Below are positions 1-8,529 of a stretch of 46,576 bases of DNA, piece by piece (positions within the stretch are counted from its first letter, which is position 1; every line of letters starts with the position of its first letter). Below the pieces are notes generated by a model. It did not search any database, was not told the DNA's origin, and saw only the letters and a list, made by a program, of their open reading frames with translations. This DNA is from a virus. Location of the stretch: IMG/VR virus record IMGVR_UViG_3300025381_000024; one strand, written 5' to 3'. The translations under genes were made by a program, and so were the position numbers.

Positions 1-128
1 AATGGTCAAGGCAATCCAGTTGCTATGGAAAATAGCAAACACCTTACTGGAGAAGCAGTTGATATTGCAAATCCAGAAAAATATTCTGATGAATATTTAG
101 CGCAATATGGTCTTTATAGAAGATTGGG
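1..128. repeat. Terminal overlap copy 1, identical to 46449-46576 (circular closure of a 46,448-bp unit genome)
   Basis: Bases 1-128 match 46449-46576 base by base. The repeat lies inside one continuous ORF (tape measure), so it is a circularisation or assembly overlap, or an arbitrary cut of a permuted genome, not a biological end. Confidence 0.95.
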
Positions 129-375
129 AACTAAAGACCCAGGGCATATTGAATTAAAACAAAAACTAGAAAGCGAATCTTCTAACAATAAAGGCTCTGG
201 AGTTCCACAAGCCCCAAGTGCTCCAACATCCAATACTTCAAGCACATTAGGCTCTTTAAATTGGAATCCAACTCCAATTGCTTTAAGCATTAATACCACT
301 AAAATACCAGGTCAAGACACCAATGTAGATATGCTAAAAGCTGGTGGATATTACACAAGTATAGGACTTAGATAA
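1..375 (+). CDS. Tail tape measure protein, C-terminal end (same ORF as 45045-46576 joined through the overlap, about 592 aa in total) with LAS/M15-type peptidoglycan peptidase motifs
   Basis: The frame is open from base 1 and in frame with the 45045 ORF when 46449 is equated with 1. Motifs ISGKRD, SKHLTGEAVDI (H-x-x-G-x-A-x-D) and DPGHIE fit the Zn ligands of VanY/M15-type peptidases. Confidence 0.85.
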   Translation, partial: NGQGNPVAMENSKHLTGEAVDIANPEKYSDEYLAQYGLYRRLGTKDPGHIELKQKLESESSNNKGSGVPQAPSAPTSNTSSTLGSLNWNPTPIALSINTTKIPGQDTNVDMLKAGGYYTSIGLR

Positions 376-983
376 TGGCAACAAGTGTAGGTCAATCAAT
401 TTATCAAGTAGCTTATGAAATATCGCCAATTATTTTGTCGAATGGAATTGCTACATTTGTTCCAGGTAATTTATTGCCAATCATTGCTATTACTGAAGCA
501 GCCAATTTTGGATTTTCTTTATTAAATGGTCAAAATCCTTTAAACCTAAATAACTTTTTTGGGCATTTTAGACCTTTGCCTGGTGCTACCTTAGTAGACA
601 ATGAAATTGCAATGTATCCTTTTGCGAATCAATCTTATGCTGCTAATGCTGTTATTGCCAAGCCATTAAAGATTTCTATGTTGATGAACTGCCCTGCCAA
701 TGTGAATGGTGGTTATGTATCAAAAATGATTACCTTTACTGCGCTACAAGCTGCGCTTCAATCGCATATTCAACAAGGTGGAACTTTTATTGTAGCTACA
801 CCTTCTTATGTTTATTTGAATTGTATCCTTACTAATTTGACTGATGTATCAAGACCTGATAGCCAACAACCTCAAAATGCTTGGCAATTTGATTTTGTAC
901 AACCTTTGGTATCTCAAGCCCCTCAAAATACTCTAGGTGCATTGATGAATTCTTTTCAATCTGGTACACCATTAGCGAGTTAA
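375..983 (+). CDS. Tail/baseplate assembly protein (function inferred from position only)
   Basis: 202-aa ORF. Its ATG overlaps the tape-measure stop (TAATG). It lies between the tape measure and baseplate genes. No motif recognised. Confidence 0.6.
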   Translation: MATSVGQSIYQVAYEISPIILSNGIATFVPGNLLPIIAITEAANFGFSLLNGQNPLNLNNFFGHFRPLPGATLVDNEIAMYPFANQSYAANAVIAKPLKISMLMNCPANVNGGYVSKMITFTALQAALQSHIQQGGTFIVATPSYVYLNCILTNLTDVSRPDSQQPQNAWQFDFVQPLVSQAPQNTLGALMNSFQSGTPLAS

Positions 984-984
984 T

Positions 985-1389
985 ATGTCAAATAATCTAT
1001 GGTCTGGTGTCAATAGTGTTATTGGAAATAATAATTCCATTACAACCCCTTTATATGGTGGTTCTTTAAATACTCAGGGTGCAGCATCTACTTATTCTAT
1101 AAGTCAAAATATTGCCCCAGTTGCAACCAATGTCATTCAATTTACCCCTGCAAATAATTCTAATTTTCAATTTCAAGCTACTTTTGATGGTGCTTCTTAC
1201 AATGTAATTGTGACTTGGAATATTTATGGGGAAAGATATTATGTCAATATTTATGATTTGAATAATATTTTAATTGTTGCATTGCCTTTAATTGGTTCTC
1301 CATTAAATTACAATATTTCATTAACTGCTGGTTACTTTACAACCCAATTAGTTTATAGAGTTGCAAACAATCAATTTGAGATTATCTAA
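985..1389 (+). CDS. Tail/baseplate protein, hypothetical
   Basis: 134-aa ORF tightly packed (1-nt gap upstream, ATGA-type overlap downstream) in the tail module. Confidence 0.6.
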   Translation: MSNNLWSGVNSVIGNNNSITTPLYGGSLNTQGAASTYSISQNIAPVATNVIQFTPANNSNFQFQATFDGASYNVIVTWNIYGERYYVNIYDLNNILIVALPLIGSPLNYNISLTAGYFTTQLVYRVANNQFEII

Positions 1390-2480
1390 TGAGAAGGTAT
1401 GAAATTAAGATTACCGATCAAGATGGAAATCCAAAGGTAATTAATGGCTCAGATGGAAAACCCATTTTTAATGGTACTTTTACCAGCTATGGCACTAATG
1501 GAAGTATTTTTGGTGCATTTACAAGCACAAAAAGCACAATTTCAGGTGCTTTAAATGTTGAATGGGATTTGCCAGTTTCTACCTTTAATTCTCCTTTAGG
1601 GGGAGCATCTTTAAGAGTTTATGGTGTAGGGCTTCCTTTGTTGGCTCAAGCAGCCAATTTCAATCCTAGTGTTGATGGCACTAAATATTGCAATATTGTT
1701 ATTTCTGGTGGAATGGCAAAAGGGCTTCCTTTAGCAAATCCAGAACAATATGGGGTTTTGATGACTTCTAGAATTCAACAAGCCTTTGGTAATTGGCAGG
1801 GAACTTCGCAAACTTTAGACTTTATTATGGTTTTGCCTACTGGCAGCAAAGAAACCCCATTAAACTTTAGTTTTAGTTGTGACAATAATGCCCCTTTAGC
1901 ACCTGCAATTGAAACTACTTTAAAAAATGTGTTTCCAAATGCTTCTGCTGTCAATGTCAACATTAGCCCAAATTTGGTTGCTCCTGAACCTATTAAACAA
2001 CAAAACTTTACTTTAGAGACATTTTCTAAATTTTTAAATGAAAGAAGTAGAAGTATTATTGGGGGAACTACTTATCCAGGAATTCAAGTGTCTTTTGTAG
2101 ATAACATTATTAATGTCTATGATTACACTATTCCACCAACTTCTGAGCCTATTCAAATTCAATTTACTGATTTAATTGGGCAGCCTACTTGGATTGCGCC
2201 TTATACATTGACCTTTAAAACTGTCATGCGATATGACCTTAAAGTAGGGGGTCAAATCTTAATGCCTCAACAATCGGCAACCAAAGGTCTTATTTTAACT
2301 TTACCTCAGACTCAGTCTCAATTTAAAACTACCTCAAATTTCAAGGGTACTTTTAATATTCAAAGTGTTAGACATATTGGAATATTTAGGCAGGGTGATG
2401 CAAATAGCTGGGTTACAGTAATACAAGCGTATGTACCACCAAATTCTACTACTTCAACCTTTGGAACTTTCCACGCATAA
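1389..2480 (+). CDS. Putative baseplate hub/tail protein (P2 gpD / Mu gp44 position)
   Basis: 363-aa ORF immediately upstream of the V-like spike gene. The assignment rests on synteny only. Confidence 0.5.
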   Translation: MRRYEIKITDQDGNPKVINGSDGKPIFNGTFTSYGTNGSIFGAFTSTKSTISGALNVEWDLPVSTFNSPLGGASLRVYGVGLPLLAQAANFNPSVDGTKYCNIVISGGMAKGLPLANPEQYGVLMTSRIQQAFGNWQGTSQTLDFIMVLPTGSKETPLNFSFSCDNNAPLAPAIETTLKNVFPNASAVNVNISPNLVAPEPIKQQNFTLETFSKFLNERSRSIIGGTTYPGIQVSFVDNIINVYDYTIPPTSEPIQIQFTDLIGQPTWIAPYTLTFKTVMRYDLKVGGQILMPQQSATKGLILTLPQTQSQFKTTSNFKGTFNIQSVRHIGIFRQGDANSWVTVIQAYVPPNSTTSTFGTFHA

Positions 2481-3202
2481 TGTCCTCTATAGATCAAAAA
2501 ATATCATTTGCCCAATCTATTAATCTTTTTGCAGATAGAAAGATTAATGATGCTTTGCAAGGATATAGTCAATCTTTTCCTTGTTATGTAACATCGGTCA
2601 ATGGTTCTATTGTTACTGTCAAATTTGATGTCAATGTTCCAGATGGAATTACCCTTCCTGAAGTAACTTGCCCTGTAGCTGGATCAGAATACATTAGATA
2701 CCCTATTCAGCCAGGCTGTAAAGGATATTGCATTCCTGCTGATGTCAGTCTTAGAAAGGCTTCTGGACTGGGTACTGGAACTCCTGATTTAAGCGATCCA
2801 GGCAATTTGACAGCTTTAGTATTTTTCCCTTTTGGTAATACCGCTTTTTTTGCGGTTAATGGCGAATACCTATTTATGTATGGGGAAACTGGGGTAGAAA
2901 TAACTACTAAAAATCAAGATTGCAAACTGACTTTAACATCCACAGGAATTATAATTGACCTTAATGGTGGCAATTTAGTTGTCAACAATGGCAATACCAT
3001 TATGAATGGAAATCTGACTGTCAATGGATTAATCACAGGTACAGATGGCTTTGCTATTAGCGGTGGATCAGGTGGAACTATGAGTGTTAATGGAAATATT
3101 GCTACTACTGGAACTATTACTAATAATGGTAAAAATATTGGCAGCACTCATGAACACTCTGGAGTTCAGCCTGGTTCTGGAAATACTGGAGCACCAATAT
3201 GA
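2480..3202 (+). CDS. Baseplate central spike, gpV / Mu gp45-like
   Basis: Gly/Asn/Thr beta-helix-like repeats (GNLVVNNGNTIMNGNLTVNGLITG, MSVNGNIATTGTITNNG). The C-terminal STHEHSGVQPGSGNTGAP resembles the His-containing apex of P2 V-type spikes. The gene directly precedes the W/J/I-like genes. Confidence 0.7.
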   Translation: MSSIDQKISFAQSINLFADRKINDALQGYSQSFPCYVTSVNGSIVTVKFDVNVPDGITLPEVTCPVAGSEYIRYPIQPGCKGYCIPADVSLRKASGLGTGTPDLSDPGNLTALVFFPFGNTAFFAVNGEYLFMYGETGVEITTKNQDCKLTLTSTGIIIDLNGGNLVVNNGNTIMNGNLTVNGLITGTDGFAISGGSGGTMSVNGNIATTGTITNNGKNIGSTHEHSGVQPGSGNTGAPI

Positions 3203-3232
3203 TTACACAAAAAAAATGGGAATTTGCTAATC

Positions 3233-3580
3233 ATGGCTAGAACATATGGTCGAGTAAAGAATTCTGCTGGAGATTTAGTTTGGGTAGAAATACAGCAAGA
3301 TGCTTCTGGCAACTTTGAGTATGGATATGCCACTACTCTTATTCAGGTACTTAAATTAAGCCTGGGAGAATCCCCTTTTTATGCAAACTATGGAATTCCT
3401 GCTCAAAGGTCAGTTATTCAGCAAGTTTTCCCTGATTATTATGTAACTGTCACTCAACAACAATTCTCTAACTTTTTTGCCAGTTTGACAATTACTAAGG
3501 CACAATTACCTACCCCTACATATAATGTAGATATAGTAACAACTCAAGGTACTAAAATTCAACAACAGGTGGCAGTATGA
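3233..3580 (+). CDS. Baseplate wedge protein, gpW/gp25-like
   Basis: LKLSLGESPFYANYGIP resembles the GE..P..YG motif of the GPW/gp25 family. Its stop overlaps the next start (ATGA). The ORF-track start at 3224 is TTG; the first ATG is 3233. Confidence 0.6.
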   Translation: MARTYGRVKNSAGDLVWVEIQQDASGNFEYGYATTLIQVLKLSLGESPFYANYGIPAQRSVIQQVFPDYYVTVTQQQFSNFFASLTITKAQLPTPTYNVDIVTTQGTKIQQQVAV

Positions 3581-4986
3581 CCATTACAACAGATGTAAAT
3601 TCTTCAGGTTTGCAACCAACCTCACCAACTACTCTGCAATCAGAGTTAATTGCTCTGGTTTCTGCAACAAATCCTGGTTATACAGCCAATTTGCCAGGCT
3701 CTTTAATTGAAGATATTAGTTCTACCGATGTTGGTGCTTTAGCTTTAATAGATTCAGCCAGAGTCGATCTTTATAATAGTATTACACCCTATACTGCCAA
3801 TTCTTATTTATTGAATCAATTAGGTCAAATTTATGGTGTACAACAAGGCATTGGGTCTAATACTTCAGTTTATGTAACCTTTTCTGGAAGCCCTGGATTT
3901 GTTATTTCTAAGGGATTTGTAATATCTGATGGTTCTCATCAATATACAGTTCAAGATGGCGGTGTAATAGCTTCTACAGGACAAAGTGCTGAGTTATATT
4001 GTCTAGCTATTAATTCAGGCTCTTGGGCTGTTCCTGTTGGCACAGTAACCCAAATTATTACCTCAGTACCATCTGGTTTGACTTTATCTTGTACTAATCA
4101 AACCGCAGGTATTCCTGGTGCTTCAGCCCAACCATTAGAAGATTATCAAGCTCAAGTCATTCAAGCTGGTCTTGCTGTAGCTTCTGGTATGCCCACATTC
4201 TTAAAAACACAATTGCAAAATGTTAATGGTGTTCAAGATAGACTTGTTGCGGTGCGACAATCTGGCACAAATTGGGAAATTATTTGTGGTGGTGGTGATC
4301 CTTATGAAGTAGGAAATGCCATTTTTACTGGATTATTTGATATATCGAATATTGTAGGCTCTACCATTACCGCTTTAAGCATTACCACAGGTACTAATGC
4401 TGTTATCAATACTGGTGCTTATTTTGGTGAATATTCTGTAGGAGAAGTAATTACAATTACAGGTGCTAGTCCAGCAGCCTTTAATACTACTTATACTGTA
4501 ACTGCCATTTCCAATAATTTGGTTACAACAAGTAAAAATACATCTACTTTTGGAACTTATACAAGTGGTGGTGTAGTCACCCCAAATTATAGAAATATTA
4601 CTGTATCAATCAATGATTATCCTGATACTTATAATATTACTTTTGTAAATCCACCACAACAAGCTGTTTCTATTAGCCTTGTTTGGAATACAACATCTAC
4701 CAACTATGTGTCTCCAACTGCTGTAGCACAATTAGGACAACCAGCTATTGCTGCTTATATTAATAGCATTTATGTTGGTCAACCAATCAATATTTTTGAA
4801 TTGCAAAATGTATTTCAACAAGCAATTTCTAGCATTATTCCACCTACATTGCTGTCTAGAATGGTATTTACAGTAGCTATTAATGGTGTTGATGTATCTC
4901 CAGAATCAGGTACAGGTTTAATTATTGGCGATCCTGAAGGTTATTTTGAAACTAATATTCAATCTATAGCAATCACCCAGGGATAA
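3577..4986 (+). CDS. Baseplate J-like protein
   Basis: 469 aa, in the position between the W-like and I-like genes of the canonical V-W-J-I order of P2/Mu-type baseplates. Confidence 0.65.
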   Translation: MTITTDVNSSGLQPTSPTTLQSELIALVSATNPGYTANLPGSLIEDISSTDVGALALIDSARVDLYNSITPYTANSYLLNQLGQIYGVQQGIGSNTSVYVTFSGSPGFVISKGFVISDGSHQYTVQDGGVIASTGQSAELYCLAINSGSWAVPVGTVTQIITSVPSGLTLSCTNQTAGIPGASAQPLEDYQAQVIQAGLAVASGMPTFLKTQLQNVNGVQDRLVAVRQSGTNWEIICGGGDPYEVGNAIFTGLFDISNIVGSTITALSITTGTNAVINTGAYFGEYSVGEVITITGASPAAFNTTYTVTAISNNLVTTSKNTSTFGTYTSGGVVTPNYRNITVSINDYPDTYNITFVNPPQQAVSISLVWNTTSTNYVSPTAVAQLGQPAIAAYINSIYVGQPINIFELQNVFQQAISSIIPPTLLSRMVFTVAINGVDVSPESGTGLIIGDPEGYFETNIQSIAITQG

Positions 4987-4987
4987 T

Positions 4988-5680
4988 ATGCTTACCCAAA
5001 TTATCCCAAGCTATCTATATCAGCAATATTATGATGATTCTGATCTTCAGGCTTTTGTATCTTCCTATAATACTTTAGCCCAAGAATACTTAGATTGGTT
5101 TAATAATTTAAACCTTCCAATCTATACAAAACAATCTGGGGCTTCTTTGGATTGGGTAGCTCAAGGAATATATGGTTTAACTAGACCAGTTCTTCCTGAA
5201 GGCGGTTATACCAATAAAGGTGTTTATAACACCGATTATTTAAACACTTTGCCATTTAACCAAGATGTCAAAATTGCGCCTAGTAATTTTTATGTTACTA
5301 CTGATGACATTTTTCAAAGATGTATTACTTGGAATTTTTATAAAGGCGATGGTTATCAATTTAACACTACTTGGCTAAAAAGAAGAATTGCTCGATTTTT
5401 AGCAGGAGTTAATGGTACTGATCCTTTGTTGGGTGAAACTTATCAAATTAGTGTAACTTTTGCCTCAAACAATGTTGTCAATATTCATATTTATTCAGGG
5501 GTAAATATTAAAAAAGGTGGTTCTTTATTGGATACTTTTGAATTTAATGAAGTACCTTTAAATGCAGAATCCACATTTACTCCTTTAATTCCCACTACAC
5601 TTGCTCCAATTTTGCAATCAGGCATAAATGCAGGTGTTTTACAAGTGCCTTTCCAGTATACTTTCAATGTAACCTATTAA
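4988..5680 (+). CDS. Baseplate/tail protein I-like (fibre socket), putative
   Basis: 230 aa, directly after the J-like gene and before the fibre genes. Assigned by synteny only. Confidence 0.5.
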   Translation: MLTQIIPSYLYQQYYDDSDLQAFVSSYNTLAQEYLDWFNNLNLPIYTKQSGASLDWVAQGIYGLTRPVLPEGGYTNKGVYNTDYLNTLPFNQDVKIAPSNFYVTTDDIFQRCITWNFYKGDGYQFNTTWLKRRIARFLAGVNGTDPLLGETYQISVTFASNNVVNIHIYSGVNIKKGGSLLDTFEFNEVPLNAESTFTPLIPTTLAPILQSGINAGVLQVPFQYTFNVTY

Positions 5681-5690
5681 GAGATTTGCT

Positions 5691-7283
5691 ATGACAATCT
5701 TACTTTTTGCCAATAATGCTAAATCATTTTTAGCATCTGCTATTTCCAGCACAACCACTACCGCTACTTTGGCTTCTGGTACAGGTTCACTATTCCCAAG
5801 CCCAACCACAGGTCAAGGTTTTAAAATGACCTTTGTGGATGCTGCTACAGGTCTTTTGAATGAAATTGTTTTAGTAACTGCTAGATCAGGCGATACTATT
5901 ACAATAGTTCGTGGTCAAGAAGGTACAACCCCTCAATCTTGGTTAGCAAATGATTTGGCAGGAATGTATTTTACGGCTGGAACTATTAATAATAATATCC
6001 AGTTAGATCAATATCAAATTGGTACTTATGATACTGCTATTGCTACTGGCTCTGCCAATGCTTTATCAGCAACCATTCCTTCCAATTTAAACTATATTCC
6101 AACAAATTTTACTTTTATTTTGCAAGCTGCTTATGCAAATACTGGTGCAGCCACTTTAAATTTAACCATTGGATCAACTGCTACAGGTATTTATTCAATT
6201 GTTAAATCTAATAATCAACCTTTAATTGCAGGTGATATTGCTAATGCTGGTTATCCAATGTTATTGTCTTGGAGTCCAGTTTATTCTGCTTATGTTTTAT
6301 TAAATCCAGGTACAGGAGAATCTACTGCTTTAAGCCCTGCACAACTTCAAGAGCAATTTTATACCTATGCACAAGCTACAGGTGGAGCAGATACCATTGC
6401 AGTAACTATTCCATCTTCTTTAACTTCGCTATCTGATGGTTTAGCACTTGAATTTAGGGCTACAGGTAACAATGCTACAACTACTCCTAATTTAACTTTA
6501 ACTTTGGGTTCTACTGTTACTGCAACTACTACTATTGTTAAAGGTAATAATCAGCCTTTGGCTGTTAGTGATATTGCTGGATCAGGCTATGTTTGCCAAG
6601 TAGTTTATAGCAGTTCTTATGGAAAATGGATTTTATTAAACCCTTATTGGAATGTTAGTTCTTTAGGAACAATGGCTTTTGAAAATTCCAATTCAGTAAA
6701 TATTACTGGTGGAACAATTACTGGTTCTTATGGATTAAATGCTGCAACCGCAACTAATTCTGTAACCACTTCACAAACCAACTTTAGCAATCTTTTTATT
6801 AGCGGTAATCAAGTATTAAGTTCATCAAATTTTAATTCTTATGCTCCAACTTTAAATGGTGCTGGCGCTTATGGTAATTGGGGAATTAATATTACTGGTA
6901 ATGCTAATACTGTCAATACTTTAAATTATTCTCAAATTATTTCTGGTTTAGGTTATACACCTTATAACACTTCAAATCCTGCTGGATATGTTAATGTTGG
7001 TTTAGGTTTTGGTGGAACTCAATGGAATAATGTAACTGGATCAAGAAGTTTTAATACAACATATACCAACTCAAAAAGTTACCCAATTGCGGTTTCAGCA
7101 ACTGCTACTTGCTCTGTAACTTCTACTATTCAAGCCTATGTCAATGGAATGCTAATTGCTTGGTATCAATGGCAGTTTAATGGATGCGGTTCTTATGGCG
7201 GTACATTTATTATTGTTCCACCTGGCGCAACCTATCAACTAAATTCTGGTCAAGGTGTTTATAACTGGGTCGAGTTGTACTAA
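5691..7283 (+). CDS. Tail fibre protein A (530 aa)
   Basis: The N-terminal ~100 aa (MTILLFANNA...VRGQEGT..W...TAG) is shared with the ORFs at 7891 and 8530. The protein is Gly/Thr/Asn/Ser-rich. It has an internal tandem duplication of a ~95-aa module (..TLNLTIGSTATGIYSIVKSNNQPLIAGDIANAGY.. versus ..NLTLTLGSTVTATTTIVKGNNQPLAVSDIAGSGY..). Confidence 0.8.
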   Translation: MTILLFANNAKSFLASAISSTTTTATLASGTGSLFPSPTTGQGFKMTFVDAATGLLNEIVLVTARSGDTITIVRGQEGTTPQSWLANDLAGMYFTAGTINNNIQLDQYQIGTYDTAIATGSANALSATIPSNLNYIPTNFTFILQAAYANTGAATLNLTIGSTATGIYSIVKSNNQPLIAGDIANAGYPMLLSWSPVYSAYVLLNPGTGESTALSPAQLQEQFYTYAQATGGADTIAVTIPSSLTSLSDGLALEFRATGNNATTTPNLTLTLGSTVTATTTIVKGNNQPLAVSDIAGSGYVCQVVYSSSYGKWILLNPYWNVSSLGTMAFENSNSVNITGGTITGSYGLNAATATNSVTTSQTNFSNLFISGNQVLSSSNFNSYAPTLNGAGAYGNWGINITGNANTVNTLNYSQIISGLGYTPYNTSNPAGYVNVGLGFGGTQWNNVTGSRSFNTTYTNSKSYPIAVSATATCSVTSTIQAYVNGMLIAWYQWQFNGCGSYGGTFIIVPPGATYQLNSGQGVYNWVELY

Positions 7284-7292
7284 GGACAAATT

Positions 7293-7604
7293 ATGGAAAT
7301 GAATCACTATAAAGACAAAGATGGCAATCTATATGGATTTGCTGCTGATGGATCGCAAAATCATTTAATTGATAAGCGAAAACATAAACTTATTACCAAA
7401 CAAGAAGCAGATCAATTAGGTCAAGCATCATTTAAACCAATAATGATTGGTAATGAAGATTATTATCGTCAACGCATTATGAATTATCCAGAAATAGGTG
7501 AATTTTTGGATGCTTGGGTTAAAAAAGATGAAGTTGCATTAGAAGAATATAGAAAAAAATGTTTAGCTGTTAAAGCACAATTTCCAAAACCTGAAGGATT
7601 TTAA
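7293..7604 (+). CDS. Putative tail fibre assembly chaperone
   Basis: Small (103 aa) charged ORF immediately downstream of a fibre gene, with a DKDGNLYGF-type N-terminus as in Tfa-like chaperones. The call rests mainly on position. Confidence 0.45.
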   Translation: MEMNHYKDKDGNLYGFAADGSQNHLIDKRKHKLITKQEADQLGQASFKPIMIGNEDYYRQRIMNYPEIGEFLDAWVKKDEVALEEYRKKCLAVKAQFPKPEGF

Positions 7605-7606
7605 TT

Positions 7607-7879
7607 ATGTCATATAACTATGGTAGCCCAATTACAGGCACTCTTACTGGAACAACTGCGGTTGTCAATGTTCCCAATGTTGTTTATCCAGCTTCACTTG
7701 TATTGAATTCAAGCAATGGTAGCAGAGCCATTCAATTTTCTTTTGATGGTGGAGCAACTTATTACGCAGCAGTTACACCAACTTATACCGAAACTTCACA
7801 GATTGTTTATGTCTTGAACTTTCCTGTAACAACTGTTAAATTCACAGGTGCAGCAGCCGACACTTATAGAATCTTGTAA
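7607..7879 (+). CDS. Hypothetical protein in the fibre cluster (90 aa)
   Basis: Compactly placed ORF with a 2-nt gap upstream. No motif recognised. Confidence 0.55.
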   Translation: MSYNYGSPITGTLTGTTAVVNVPNVVYPASLVLNSSNGSRAIQFSFDGGATYYAAVTPTYTETSQIVYVLNFPVTTVKFTGAAADTYRIL

Positions 7880-7890
7880 AGGGAGTTTGT

Positions 7891-8529
7891 ATGACCATTC
7901 TGCTCTTTGCTAATAATGCACAGTCTACTTTAGCATCACCTATTTCTGCATCTGCAACCACTTGCACATTAGCAACTGGTACTGGGGCTAAATTCCCCAA
8001 TCCTACTACTGGTCAAGCATTTAAAATGACCTTTACTGATGCTGCTACTGGTTTTTTGGATGAAATTGTTCTTTGTACAGCTAGGTCTGCCGATGTCTGC
8101 ACTATTGTTAGAGCACAAGAAGGGACTACTGCTCAATCGTGGTTGGCAGGAGATTTGGCATCAAATTACTTTACTGCTGGAGCAGCTAGTTCTTTTCAGC
8201 AAACTGGTAATGCTTTGCCACCAACTGTAACTACAGTTACCAATGCTTTTTATACTCAAACCACTAGCGATACGACTTTAATTATTAATACTTCATTTGA
8301 TGTTGTATTAACTCTTTTAAATGCTGCATCTTATTATGGTAATACTCTTTGGATTAAAAACCCTAATGGAGTAACCATTACAAGTGCATCTTCAAATGTA
8401 GTGCCTTCTGGTACAACAACAGCAGGTACAGCCATTTTAGAAGCAGTTGTTGGCACTTCTTGTTTATTGCAATCCGATGGTACAAATTGGAATGTAATTT
8501 CTACATCTTTTCAACCAAGTGGATTCTAA
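7891..8529 (+). CDS. Tail fibre protein B (short, 212 aa)
   Basis: The N-terminal ~100 aa is highly similar to fibre A (MTILLFANNAQSTLASPISAS...VRAQEGTTAQSWLAGDLASNYFTAGA), followed by a different C-terminal domain. Confidence 0.75.
   Translation: MTILLFANNAQSTLASPISASATTCTLATGTGAKFPNPTTGQAFKMTFTDAATGFLDEIVLCTARSADVCTIVRAQEGTTAQSWLAGDLASNYFTAGAASSFQQTGNALPPTVTTVTNAFYTQTTSDTTLIINTSFDVVLTLLNAASYYGNTLWIKNPNGVTITSASSNVVPSGTTTAGTAILEAVVGTSCLLQSDGTNWNVISTSFQPSGF

Noticed and set aside
1-128. Direct terminal repeat as a genuine phage genome end
   Set aside because: The repeat sits inside a single uninterrupted ORF (tape measure). An assembly or circularisation overlap is far more likely.
8039-8230. 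63-aa out-of-frame ORF within fibre gene B
   Set aside because: It is nested in a supported gene, has a hydrophobic nonsense-like translation, and has no start context.
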